DNA of 60,784 nt, filler included, from Globobulimina sp. (taxonomy: Eukaryota), in NCBI GenBank assembly GCA_003354225.1. It is 16 parts of 16 records of this genome, joined end to end, with 100 filler letters (N's around TTAATTAATTAA, not from the genome) between each part and the next. Parts side by side here need not be neighbours in the genome. Positions count along the whole stretch, not along the records: positions 34,271 to 37,973 come from PIVH01002232.1; positions 38,074 to 41,776 come from PIVH01002233.1; positions 41,877 to 45,578 come from PIVH01002234.1; positions 45,679 to 49,380 come from PIVH01002235.1; 12 more parts are not named here. One strand, written 5' to 3'. The position numbers and the translations under genes are program-made. The notes below the pieces were generated by a model, which saw only the letters and a list, made by a program, of their open reading frames with translations, was not told the origin of the DNA and searched no databases. Shown piece by piece: positions 36,167-48,900 of this stretch (the stretch's first letter is position 1; every line of letters begins with the position of its first letter).

Positions 36167-37713
36167 ATGGGTAACTGTTTGTGTATGAAAGAAACCGTTG
36201 ACGATACATTTAATGCTGACCAATTACATCAAGTAATATCAGATAGTTATATTCATCCTACAGTGAATAATAATACCTCTAAGGAAACAGAAATCGATGT
36301 CCTACCCAAACAAAACAACGCGAGGACATTCAAACTCCACTCGATTTCATGTGACAATAAGCACATTAAATCAGATAAAAATGGTGTTTATTTAAATCAT
36401 TTCTCACCGCTTCCCGGATCTTCCTCGAATTCATCAAAAATAAAAACGGCAAAAAGTAAAAGTGATTTCCATATAAAATTAGATCAAAATGGCAATGGCG
36501 TGGCTTTAGATCATTATTCACCATTAATATATTCCAGCAATACAACTGATGAAAAGTCCAAATCATTGAATTTATCGTCAAATAATGCAGCATTGCCACA
36601 AATAGCATGCAATCCGTATCACAATGAAGAAAAAGCAAACTTATATTCAAAACAAATAGATTTTGCATCGGGCGCCTTTGCCCATGTATTTATTTGCAAT
36701 GTAAATGATACAAAAGTAGCTATCAAGAAAATAGATGTCGAGAAGAATGAGCACCATGACGCAGTATACAATGAGTGGAGTTCAAAAACGTTATTGAAAG
36801 ATGCAGAAACAGAGCTAAATCTGTTGCAACATCTGAGGGGAAACATAAATATTATACATTTAATTGACAATTTCTATGAAACTATCTACGACGATTTGTA
36901 TTTATATCTGGTTATGGATTTTATAGAAACGAGTTTGGAAAAAGAAATAATGAAATATGGGAATGAGGGCAAGAATTTACCAGTTTCATTGATCAAAATA
37001 TATTCATTTCAAATATTACAAGGCTTGAATTATATGAAAATGAAGAAGGTTATTCATAAAGATGTGAAACCGGAGAATATATTGATTGATCCATTGACAA
37101 ATGTGATAAAAATATGTGATTTTGGATGTTCGCAATTGATTGAAAACCAGACAGATGCGCATGATATGGACAATTATGTATGTTCGCGGTATTACAGAGC
37201 GCCAGAATTGATATTAGAATGTGGGGATTATTCCTATTGTATTGATATGTGGTCATTTGGATGTATTATAAGGTGTTTTATGTACGTTGAATGTATCTGT
37301 TTTTTTGTACTTAGTTTTTTTTATTAATATTGTACATATTCAGTGAAATGTACTTAGGACAAATTATGTTTGACGGTGATACGACGCGGAATCAATTGAA
37401 TGAGATTATTAAAATATTGGGTGTTCCAAATAGGTCTGATTTGAGGGAAATGAATGATAAATATGAGTATGATAAATTATTGAACACATTCGAATGCACA
37501 TGTTATAAACCAAGAGATTGGAAATTTGTGTTTATTGCAATTGGTGATATGTCTCAATGTGTAGTTGATTTAATTGATAAAATATTAATATATGCACCAA
37601 ATGATAGGTTAGTACCTAATGCTGCAATGAAACATGAATATTTTAATGGCTTATCGGATGATGAGGGCATGTTACAAAAATATAATGTTCCAAGACACGT
37701 TTTGAGATTATAA
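36167..37713 (+). CDS. GSK3-like CMGC Ser/Thr kinase, N-acylated, 2 exons
   Basis: VAIKK, HKDVKPEN, DFG, YVCSRYYRAPEL and DMWSFGC motifs. Intron 37273-37343. N-terminus MGNCLC. Confidence 0.88.
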
Positions 37714-38245
37714 TAAAAATATTTGTTTGGTTGAATTTAATTTTATTGTGGTTTGCTTGCTCATTTCTCAGAAATATTTTCTTGATCCCATAATATTAAA
37801 ACGATGACGAAACTGGCAAGACAACTAAAAATTTGTCGTTTGTGAGGTGATAACATTGATTTAACGAAGTAAGCTACTCATCCATTTACAGTTAAAAATA
37901 CTGTTTTTTGTTTTCATAGAATCCATGCAAGTTTACGGTTTTTTGATGAACGGATTTTTATGCAAAACTATATNNNNNNNNNNNNNNNNNNNNNNNNNNN
38001 NNNNNNNNNNNNNNNNNTTAATTAATTAANNNNNNNNNNNNNNNNNNNNNNNNNNNNNNNNNNNNNNNNNNNNGTCGTAGATACTTTTATACGAAAATAA
38101 TTAGTGGGAATCATATTTAGGATCGCCAATCTAAAAGACAAGTGTAGACATTGGAGACATGAAATGTAACGGTCTCGAAAATCACTTAGTTGAGCATAGT
38201 CAATTGTATGTTATAATGGCATCCATTTAGTCACTTTATGTTATA

Positions 38246-39484
38246 ATGGCATCTATTGTAAGGAAAATAGCAACTACAATATCTAACCAACCAAAAAGAA
38301 ATGCATACGGTTTGTATATTGTTTCTTTTATCATACCAAAACTATAGAATGTACAGTATATATGAACAGATCACCGAGATGAAACAGTATCAGATTTATT
38401 GGTATTTGGATTTATCCGCAATACAGCAACAGAATATGAATTAAGCAAAGAATATATTATTCCAACCATAGTATCCAACATATCCTTCGATTATTACTAT
38501 ACAAAATATGAGAATTCATTATTTATATTGCTCTCCTCTCAGCAACTACGGATCGCACAAATCAATGCAACAAACAAAAAAGGACAAAATAAATTGTTAG
38601 CGGATAAACAAGAATGGATCAGCGGTCATCGCGTAGTATATTGTTTAGGTAAAAATATATCATATAACAAAGCGAAAACGATTGGATTTCGTAAACCAAA
38701 TACAATTAACAACCAAGTAATATTCAAATGTGCAAAGGGAGAAAAAATGAGTGCATTTAATATTGACAAAAACGAACACATTATTTTTCCGGAGTTATTG
38801 ATTGATTATCAACGTCCCGCATTAACATATAGCCACAAACATGGCTTAATATTAGTTGGTGGAGAAATGGACAATGCAGCAAATGGAGTCAATGGTGGCT
38901 GTGTATTAGACATCAAACAATGTAAATTTGATGCGACACACACACCGATCATGAAAACCATTGCAAAATTAGCAAAACCAACCACTTGGTCGTCATTATG
39001 TTTCTTAGAGGCGGATAAGTTATATATTTGCGGTGGTTGGTGGAATGGAAGGGATTCCAAATTGTGTTATATGTTGGATTTGAATACGAATAACTTGGTC
39101 AATATACAAAGCATGAATTTTAAGCATCAATTGGGTGGAATATATCATTGGAAACAAAGAAATAAAATGGTTATTGTCGGTGGTTTTAATTATCGACGAG
39201 AATGTGAAGAATATGACATTGAGAAAGATGTTTGGTGCCCATTGCCAATGTTAAATAAATGTCATAATCGATATCCATGTTTAACGCAACTGAATGAATT
39301 TGGCGATCAAGTGCTTGTGTGTATGGGTGGAGTAACAATGGACGATGTTGGCTTAGGATATATAGAAATATTGGATTATAGAGATAATAATTTGAAATGG
39401 AGTTCTATTGGCACAGTTCGCCGATATTTTAATCTTCCACATGATGTCAAAGGTGGTGGATACAATTGTCTTTTGCCGTTTTGA
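38246..39484 (+). CDS. Kelch-repeat protein, 2 exons
   Basis: Kelch blades LYICGGW, MVIVGGF and W..LPML. Intron 38310-38369 is in frame. Confidence 0.8.
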
Positions 39485-39658
39485 AAAAAGTGTTTCTGTC
39501 ACAAAATATTTAATCTAACCATGCTCTTCTTAAAGCAATTGCAGGTGCGGATTATGAGTAATCCTTTCAACATTATGAGTAATTCTGATCGACAAAATAA
39601 ACAAAACAAATACGTGTAGTTGCTGTAGCTGTAGACAAAAAAATCAAGAGATCCAATT

Positions 39659-40177
39659 ATGTTAACTACACAACTGTCACAACAGACTAGAAAACAACAA
39701 ATCAGACGTGTGCTACAACATGAACATTGCTGCTGTTGTAACATTCAGATTGGGTTAACGATAATATTCATATTATTAATTTTTGTCCAAAGTATTAGAG
39801 TCCTCAATAATGTGATTGGTGGAACTTTATTGCCATACGACACACAGGCAAATCGAATTATGTTCTATATCAGTGTGCCAATCAATGTACTTTCGTTGAT
39901 TTCTTACATATTCGGAGCAATGGCTGTTTGGAATTATAAAAGATCGTGGTTGACTGCAACAAAAGTTATTTTGATTTTCAACACAGTATTTATTATCTTG
40001 ATTTTTGGCTGGGCAATCTTAATTTGCCTTATATCAATTATCCTTATTCCATTTGCAATATTGTTGTCACTTCCGATATTTTTTAATATCTGGATTATTA
40101 AAACCATTATGAGAATAGAGAAAGGAATTAGCATTGTCAAAAATGCACCGGCTGGTTCAACAATAACTGTTGTCTGA
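39659..40177 (+). CDS. Small 4-TM membrane protein
   Basis: CCCC motif followed by four hydrophobic helices. Confidence 0.7.
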   Translation: MLTTQLSQQTRKQQIRRVLQHEHCCCCNIQIGLTIIFILLIFVQSIRVLNNVIGGTLLPYDTQANRIMFYISVPINVLSLISYIFGAMAVWNYKRSWLTATKVILIFNTVFIILIFGWAILICLISIILIPFAILLSLPIFFNIWIIKTIMRIEKGISIVKNAPAGSTITVV

Positions 40178-40345
40178 GGTGTTGTGTGACCTTAATTTAA
40201 TTTAATTTAATTTGTGACCTTAATAAAATTGCAACGATCAACATCATGATATCTCGACTCTCGAGGCTGACACTTTTTGACTGAAAAACAAAAAGAATGA
40301 AAACTGCATATAAATTGAACAATGGATATTGGATAAGTGTTTTTA

Positions 40346-41458
40346 TTAAATGAAACCATATTTACTCCAATCTGTTTTTGCAATTTCTTTTCCATTCACA
40401 TCAGAAACAGCATTAATAGACATTTCAGCAATTATTTTAATATAATTTACATCTTTCAACAATTCAAATTTCATTTCAGTATCTTTTTCATTAAAACCAG
40501 TGGTGTAATAATTAAACATTCCATTTGCAAAACGGTTCATTTCAATTTGAATGGAAGTTAAAGTACCATCGCTATCACTGTTCATCATTGATTTATAGCC
40601 AATTAATTTTAAATGATATTTATATTCAATTTGATCAATATATGCTGGTAATTTTAACAATTTTATTTTCATAAAAACTAATCCATTTCCATGCTGATAT
40701 ACACTTAATCCGTTTGCTGCAATTACAATACAAAACGAATCATTATTAAAATTTTTAGAATATAAACTATGATCAACCTCACTTTGTGTAAAACGTTTTA
40801 ATTCGTTTTTATTTAATATCCATTCATATTTATAATTGCTATGAATTTTCAACGAATTTGTAAACCATTTAATTTGATTATTTTCATTCTGATTTGTATT
40901 AAATCGCAAAATTTGAACAAAACATCCAAAATTTATTTGTTCAAATGACATATTTTTCATTGATGCATATTTCAATGAATACGTGTACCACATTTGGTGG
41001 TTCTGCCGAGTATGCTGTGATTGCTGTCCCTGTCCAGCTACACCGGATAATGTCGTAATATGCTTATATTCAAAGGCTCCCTCAACACAATACAATACAA
41101 AATATAATTGAACATTTTCAATGTTCAATTTTGACAGGTTTTTATCTGAAATAGCAAGCCACAAAATTGTATATTTATCATTTCCATATTCGTATTTTGG
41201 TGTTAGTTTCAATTGAAATTGCAAATTATTTGATAATTCAAAGCGTGGTCCATTTATTTTTTCATCACATTTAATATCACGTAATTTGTTAAAATCTTTA
41301 CCTTTTAATGTCCACTCTGTGACTTCGTTATAAAATTTAATGCATATATGTCTTAATTCTATTGGAATCACCAGATATCTCACATTTTTTCGTAAATAAC
41401 CGAATACTAACAACTGCGTTCGGTTCAATGAAAATACGCTACAAAATGCGGTTGACAT
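40346..41458 (-). CDS. Hypothetical protein with LVFGY-R..IP N-terminal motif and two MATH-like segments
   Basis: 370-aa ORF. Twice-repeated pattern EW.L......S..F....F.(L/I). Confidence 0.6.
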   Translation of the reverse strand: MSTAFCSVFSLNRTQLLVFGYLRKNVRYLVIPIELRHICIKFYNEVTEWTLKGKDFNKLRDIKCDEKINGPRFELSNNLQFQLKLTPKYEYGNDKYTILWLAISDKNLSKLNIENVQLYFVLYCVEGAFEYKHITTLSGVAGQGQQSQHTRQNHQMWYTYSLKYASMKNMSFEQINFGCFVQILRFNTNQNENNQIKWFTNSLKIHSNYKYEWILNKNELKRFTQSEVDHSLYSKNFNNDSFCIVIAANGLSVYQHGNGLVFMKIKLLKLPAYIDQIEYKYHLKLIGYKSMMNSDSDGTLTSIQIEMNRFANGMFNYYTTGFNEKDTEMKFELLKDVNYIKIIAEMSINAVSDVNGKEIAKTDWSKYGFI

Positions 41459-41904
41459 TGTTAAATTAAAAATTTTTTAAATTAAAGAAAAATATTTTTA
41501 AATAAGCATCAAGTAATTCATTTTAATATTTTTATAACATTTGATTGCAACGTATTGATTGTCGTCGACAATTTATATAAACATAATATTATCAACATTT
41601 CTATTTTAAATTCATCCACAATTTCATCCGTATACATAAAAGTTAATAATGCTTTCAAAATATTTTCATTCCAATAGAATTAGTGCATTTAACTGAATTG
41701 AAAGCAAAGTCGATAATTCAGTTTATTTTATCCGTCTACAGTCTATATTTATCCCCTTGGGAAAAGCGAATTTTTTNNNNNNNNNNNNNNNNNNNNNNNN
41801 NNNNNNNNNNNNNNNNNNNNTTAATTAATTAANNNNNNNNNNNNNNNNNNNNNNNNNNNNNNNNNNNNNNNNNNNNTAATCTGAGTAAATAGTTCTCGCT
41901 AATC

Positions 41905-43167
41905 ATGAGTTCTCGAAGAAGACAGCCGCGGGTTTTAACCATACCCCAAGTCAATCAAAGATGTAAACAATTTCTCGTCCGCCAATGTTTCATGTGCACG
42001 CTTGCGATCGCACTGATGACGTATTTTGTAACGTATGAACATCCAAATATAAAAGCACGCCCGAAACTGTTGGATGAAAGTGATTTAGTGATCATGTCGT
42101 TCAATGTGCGTGGCTCCAATCTCGATAGCGGCGCAACCACATCCTGGCAATCACGAAAAAATGTGGCAACGGACATGTTAAATCTATACAGTCCCGATAT
42201 TATTGGCTTGCAAGAACCACAAATAAACCAAATTGACACATTTCAACAATATGGTTATAACGCCTCGGGTAAATTTACTGCCACCTCAATATTATTCAAT
42301 ACAGACAAATTCACCCTGATCGATGGCGATACATTATGGTTGTCAGAAACACCACAAATAGCACATAGCAAATCGTGGGATATCTCACAAGAACGCGTTG
42401 TTACATGGATACTGGTTACGAATAAACAGCAAAACACGCCGCAATGCTCAGAAAATGACGAAAACAGCGCCCACTGTCCAGCCGATGCGATGAAAAAAGG
42501 TTATTTAATATTCAATACGCATTTAGATCATCGTGGGGAGCAATCGAGAGCCGAGTCGTGTGTGGTTATTAAGGATATTATTGACGACATATCGCGGCTG
42601 AAATATGAGAATAAATATGCTGTATTTATGACTGGTGATTTTAATGCTGTTAAATATGGGAACGTTTGGAAATGTTTTACAAATAATAACGATGACAGTT
42701 TTGAGTTCAAAGATGCGTTGCATGATTCTTATCGCTTTTCATTCCGTAAACCGTTGCAATTACAATATACGTTTCATGGTTTTCGCGGATTGCAAATGAA
42801 TACATGGTATATGCGGCTAGCGCAATATTTTTATTTTGGTTGCAGTAATACTGTGGTCAAACTTTGCAGGGAGGCGTTTTTCAATGGTGTGTGTTGTATG
42901 GGGCCTTCGTTGTATCGACAGATTTTTCGAAGGCGGGAATATAATCGAAGAGCGGGCATACATCATTTGGACTGGATATTATATGATAAAAATGAGAAAG
43001 TGGAGGTAAAATATTTTGAAGTTGTTGCGTATCATCGGATGGTTGAAAGTGAGCAACAAAGCCCGTTAAAATGGAGTTTTAATGGACTATTTCGGGATAG
43101 AATTGTCAAGAAAACGGTATTTCCATCTGATCATTTTCCAGTTATTGCTGGATTTACGGTGAAATGA
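41905..43167 (+). CDS. Endonuclease/exonuclease/phosphatase (EEP) family protein with N-terminal TM
   Basis: IMSFNVR, PDIIGLQE, NTHLDH, TGDFNA, LDWI and PSDHFPV motifs. Confidence 0.9.
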   Translation: MSSRRRQPRVLTIPQVNQRCKQFLVRQCFMCTLAIALMTYFVTYEHPNIKARPKLLDESDLVIMSFNVRGSNLDSGATTSWQSRKNVATDMLNLYSPDIIGLQEPQINQIDTFQQYGYNASGKFTATSILFNTDKFTLIDGDTLWLSETPQIAHSKSWDISQERVVTWILVTNKQQNTPQCSENDENSAHCPADAMKKGYLIFNTHLDHRGEQSRAESCVVIKDIIDDISRLKYENKYAVFMTGDFNAVKYGNVWKCFTNNNDDSFEFKDALHDSYRFSFRKPLQLQYTFHGFRGLQMNTWYMRLAQYFYFGCSNTVVKLCREAFFNGVCCMGPSLYRQIFRRREYNRRAGIHHLDWILYDKNEKVEVKYFEVVAYHRMVESEQQSPLKWSFNGLFRDRIVKKTVFPSDHFPVIAGFTVK

Positions 43168-43255
43168 TAGTGACTCCACCATAATTATATCAAAGTAACT
43201 ATTTTATGACTTTCGTATATAATTTAACTTTCATACTTTTATAATATAATAAAAC

Positions 43256-43792
43256 TTAGCAAGAGTTGTACCATTGCTCATATTGAGCATATCCTTGACA
43301 AAATGTATTGCAATATAGTGCAGCATGGCAATCGACTCCCGACATATATCCTCGCCATATAAATGATTCTTGTCCAGCGGCTTGCGAGTTTCCAGTATAA
43401 TTTGCTTTGCCACCTAACTCTTTAAACAAAAAATGATCATGAAATGGTGGTGGTTTACTGCCTTCACGTTTTGAATAAGTTGCATTTGATTGATATGCCA
43501 CTACATCGCCAGTCCAGGTATTATCAATGCCATCTTGCGCAAATACACCAAGAAAATTAGCTACAACTGATTTATCCTCATGAACACCACCACCATAACA
43601 AAAAATACCTTCATCACTTGCATTACATTCACATAAACAAAAATATCCACTATATCCTGCTTTATAACCATCGGTGGCGTACCAACCAGATTCATTCCAT
43701 GATTGTGCACCGACTTGCAACATTGCCTGTGATGGTGTATAACTTTCAATGCAACCAATTGACACAATAAACATCACAAAAAAAGAGACCAT
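43256..43792 (-). CDS. Small secreted Cys-containing hypothetical protein
   Basis: Signal peptide MVSFFVMFIVSIGCIES, 178 aa. Confidence 0.65.
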   Translation of the reverse strand: MVSFFVMFIVSIGCIESYTPSQAMLQVGAQSWNESGWYATDGYKAGYSGYFCLCECNASDEGIFCYGGGVHEDKSVVANFLGVFAQDGIDNTWTGDVVAYQSNATYSKREGSKPPPFHDHFLFKELGGKANYTGNSQAAGQESFIWRGYMSGVDCHAALYCNTFCQGYAQYEQWYNSC

Positions 43793-43869
43793 ATGATGCG
43801 CAAATTATTTACAATAGTATGAGCTAAGCTAAAACTTACTTACAAACTTTGACACTAATCTGATAATTT

Positions 43870-45578
43870 ATGACTTCAGACTTCTTTCAGAAAAGAAAGG
43901 AGAACATGTCTATCCGCCGAGATTTTAAAGTGATTGGAAGCTATGCTATATATTTACGCGATAATCAGTATCATGTTGGAGAAATATCATCAGTACACAA
44001 GACATACGCGTATATTAAAGATCTTACATCAAAATCAATGGTTCGTATTAAATGGATATATGTTTATCCTGCGTTGGCTCCATCAGTCCTTCGCAATGAA
44101 TTAACATATTTATGTAAAACAAAAACATTTTCAAAAGGATACATTGCATTTGATCAAGATTCAAATTCATTTAAAGCGTTTGACACAAATCAAAAATTGA
44201 CAGCATCCCGATTTATCACATATAAAAACATAAAATTACCGTCAATAATATCAAAATTGTCGTTTGTCAATTATAATATATATGAAATAATAAAAAAAGG
44301 CGCTGGAAACAAAATATTTAAATTAGATCAGATACAACAAGCACCGGCACACAATGTAAACGTTCATTTATCAATAAAATGTCAGTCTGGAATAGAGGTT
44401 TGTTTCCAAAGAGAAAATTATGTGTTTTGGCAAAGTATGAGTGTGATATAACGCATCGGTACAGATATATTTTAAAGCTCGAAAAACAGCAAAGTTAAAG
44501 ACAATAATGGATAGATATTGTGATGAAGTTGGCAAAGACGCTGAGGCGATAACATTTTCATTTAATGGTAAGGAAATATCTCCAGACGCTACTATAAATC
44601 AGCTTGGAATGGCCAATTTTGAAACTATATTAGTGGTTTGTCATATATATATATTCTATATGTAACAGTACAAATTGAATTAAATGTGTTGCAAAGAATA
44701 ATAAAGACGCTGCAACCTTGCCAGAAGATAAGAAGGGTGACGGTTTCCCTTCTGACCATTCTAACGCACTGACTATAGCGGAACAGGCCAAACTTGTTTT
44801 TCCTCCGACAAAAATCATGAATGATATGAGGAGTGCTGGCTATGCTAAAAAAGTGAGCGGTTTTGCTGCTGTATACTTAGCCGCTGTTCTTGAATATATG
44901 GTGGCAGAGATGGTGGAATTAGCTGGCAATGCATGTCTAGCATCCAAACAAAGCCATATTAAGGATCGACATATTTATACGGCAGTTGATAAAGATGAAG
45001 AATTGAAGGAATTGGTTGGGTCAACATTTTCAACATTCAATCATCGTAAACCTGATTATCAAACAGTATCATGTAATTTTTATAGATATAAACAAACCGA
45101 AACGAACGCATACTATCACATTCAAGACGCGATTATTTTGTTTATAGAAAGCAAATTTGGTGTGGCGTTCCAAGATATTGTTCCATTAATCAGCAGTCCT
45201 GAAAGAAAACTGAAAATGAAGACATTTACAAATGTAGCATGTGGTGTGCGATTATTTACTGATATTATTGGTATCCCATCGATCTTAAAATACGTTGGTT
45301 TGAAGGAGAAATCATTTGAGACTTGTTTACAAATCATATCTTTGTCTGAATATTTTTTTGCAGCAAATGATAAATGTCAAAAAATATGCAATATGTTATT
45401 TCATCATTGTAATAAATTGAAATATCTTAAATGGATATTGCGCATCAATAACGGTTCATTGTTTGAAAAATATGTCATAAATCCATTCATTTCAATGTCA
45501 GAATGCCAGGATATTGAATCGTTTCAGAACAAATATATATATTTCCATATTTATGTATCATTGTTGGTCTTGAAACAC
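43870..45578 (+). CDS. Multidomain protein: Tudor/SH3-like + SUMO-like + histone H2A fold + unknown domain, 3 exons, 3'-partial
   Basis: Exons 43870-44397, 44465-44635 and 44697-45578 (phase-0 introns). SUMO-like segment IYFKARKTAKLKTIMDRYC..FSFNGKEI..T..QLGM...I. H2A segment AAVYLAAVLEYMVAEMVELAGNA..RHI..AV..DEEL..L. Confidence 0.7.
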
Positions 45579-45988
45579 NNNNNNNNNNNNNNNNNNNNNN
45601 NNNNNNNNNNNNNNNNNNNNNNTTAATTAATTAANNNNNNNNNNNNNNNNNNNNNNNNNNNNNNNNNNNNNNNNNNNNCACAAAGTTTTTTTGGTCCAAA
45701 CAAGTTAAATAGTCACCTAAATAGTTGCATATGTTTCCTAAATAGTTATACATATTTTCGTTTTTAGCTTTGAAAACCAACATTTTTTCATGGAGATATG
45801 ATCATAGGTCATTTTATGTTGTTACTTTTTTCTCCATGAATTTGTTCAATATTTTTTTTTATTCACAATTAAATTTTACCGTCCTTAGTTGAATTATTTA
45901 ACATAGAGGAAAAGTAGGTACGGTTACTCCAAGCGACAGTTTTCAACATTTCCGGCCTCACAAAGCATCCCCACATAGACAGATTTTA

Positions 45989-48900
45989 GTGATGCATGTT
46001 TTGTCAGGTAATCCATCATCAGCAATAAGCAAACGTCCATTAATTTATCCAAATGACAATGAAAATCAATCCATTGCTTCATACTCTGCATTGGGTCATG
46101 ATCATAGCAAAGAAAATGATAATCTCAAATATGAAAACGTGTACAATAATGAATTAGCAGAATTACAGCAACTATTAGCAGCATATAGCTGTTTCCCAGC
46201 CAATGTATGTGATATTATAATATCATTTTTATCGCCTCAACCAATGGGTGATATGGAGGAGAAAGTCTCTTTTGATCCATTCAAATATGATAAATACTCA
46301 AAATTTGATTTTATATTTTTTTTGCTTAACAATTTCATTCATTATATAATGGTATCCATATTTTTTTTTATTCAAAACCTAAATGATGCCAAATTTAACA
46401 ATGTCATGAATAATTTGGTCTGTCCAGTAGCCATATCAAATAATTCCCGCTGTGGTCTCGATTCATTAATGTTGCAATATATTAAATGGATATTATTGGC
46501 AATATCAATGGTAGAAACACTGTCAATTTTCATCTTATATATTTATGGTTATCTCAAATATCGCGATTGCGTTTTATCTCAAAATAAATTAGCTATTATT
46601 TATATCAATTTTGCTCAAACATTGCATCAAACACTTGATATTTTTGTTTATTTTCCATTTATTATTCTGCTGTTTATTGTCCACAATCATATATTAGTAA
46701 TAATATTTTTGAGTGCTTATTTCATTTTATCTCAGTACGAAGCATTATTATTTCAAGTGAGGATTAGAAATTATACTAAATATCGGGCAAATCCATTTTT
46801 TTCATCCTATTGGAACTTTATGTTGTTAATTATTTATGGCATTTATTTTGAGTCAGTAACCATTACAACCATATCATGTGCTGCATTATTTTGTTGCTTA
46901 TGTACAATAGTTTGGTTTAATAAATTCATGTATAATGTAAAATATTTGCGTGTGGATGTCCTATTGTTTGTAATTAATATTATTGTCCATTATATTGTAT
47001 GTTTATTAATGTTTTTATCTGATACCCACTCATCCAGCGTCAAATGGATATTTATATCTTTGACCATCATAGAATCACTGATATTATTTGTTGCATTCAC
47101 TGCGGCTGGTTTCAATAAATTAGATTTGCTCGATTTTAATGATGATGATTATATTATTTATTTGTATGTATTCCATATAGTTATTGATATCATAGCTATC
47201 CCATTCATTATATTATTATTTATTATAAATAGCCAGGATCTTACAATTATATTTTTTGCCTCATATTTTGTATTCTCATTTTATAAAACCATTTTATTTC
47301 TATCCCACGGCGATGATATTATCATTCATCCATTTACTTATTCATTTTGGAATTTTATAGTATTCATTCTTTATGGCATTATATATAAATCAACAACAAT
47401 GTTAGTATTTGCATGTATTGGCTACTATTTGTGTATTATTGTTATACTTTCGTTGAGCAAGTTTTTTGTGGAAAATAAGTTTGTTAAAATAGATGTTATG
47501 TTCTTCGTAACCAACAACATTACGCATTATATTATTTGTTTCTTACTGTTCTTTTGTCCGCATTCAATTTTAACAGATTCGCAATGTGATACTAAATCAT
47601 CGACAATTAAATGGTTGTTTGTTGCATTTGCTATCATCGAATCAATGTTTATATTTATTACATCCATTACTTTGATTAAAATCACATCTCTTATTACTGA
47701 TATTGTGCAACGCTGCTATTCATCACATATAATAATAGATATTGCGCTGACAACCCCATTTATTATATTATTATATATAATAAATAATCAGTACTTAACC
47801 ATTATATTCCTTGTTTCTTATTTTGTGTTTTCTTTGTATAAAATCATTTTGCTTCAGTATTTATTGGATGTTGACAATGAAAATGGCGAAGAGCACGTAC
47901 CTGGTCAGGTAAACCAAGCTAATGTTGTAGCGCTCGCGGATGATACATATGGAAGAGAAATGTCATTCAGTTTGTAATGTTTGAATCTCATATTATTTAT
48001 AATTTATGGAATTGTATATGAATCGACAGCGGTTACAATAGTAGCAGTAAGCTCATTTTTCTGCTGTGTATTTGCTTTAATCGCATTCAATACTCGTTAT
48101 ATTGAAAACGTATTCATTAAAATAGATGTTATTTTGTTTACAATCAGCAATATGGTCCATTATATTATTTGTTTCTTACTGTTCTTTTGTCCGCATTCAA
48201 TTTTAACAGATTCGCAATGTAATGTTAAATCGTCATCAATTAAATGGTGTGTCGTATCATTTACAATCTTAGAAACATCATTCATATTCATTGGATTTAT
48301 TTGTTCAGATAAAATTGCTGCAATGGCTGCGGATTTGACACAACGTTGCTATGTAATTCATATGTTAATAGACATTATTCTTATTATACCGTATGTTGTA
48401 TTCTTTTTTATCATAAATAACGAATATGTGATTGCCATTTTCTTTGTTTCATATTTCATATTTTCGCTCTATAAACAAATTTTATTGAAATATTTGTTAT
48501 TGACTGGCGAGGATAGCGCTGCATTGATAATTTCGAATGCAATGTGTGTCTCGTGTACGTACTGGATTTTTGTGGCTTTGATGGGTTATGGCATTTTCTA
48601 TAAATCCATATTAGTGGCAACACTCGTTTGTGTCGGATATGTTGTTTGTATATTTATTGTTATGTTTGAAAAAGATGCAAAAGAAAATTCAATTAAAGCA
48701 TTCATTACATCCATTCATTTCATTGTTATATATGCATTTTGTACCAATTTTTATTGGTTTTTTCAATCAGATAATTATAATGGACTGCATTCGGACATTT
48801 TTATCACTTTAAGCTATTTGTTATTAATCATTTTATTGCTTTTCATAATTGTCATATTTTTTGGTTATGTGATATGTGGTACGTCATTTGCTGAAACACA

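Noticed and set aside
38198-38258. 30-bp tandem duplication creating a tiny uORF before the kelch gene
   Set aside because: Real but minor, with no evidence of function.
41905-43167. EEP gene as a retrotransposon endonuclease
   Set aside because: It has an N-terminal TM and cellular EEP-type motifs (WLSETP, NTHLDH), ends at the domain boundary and has no RT.
47975-47977. Alternative genetic code (TAA reassigned)
   Set aside because: This is a single instance. Many conserved genes here end correctly at TAA and have no internal stops.
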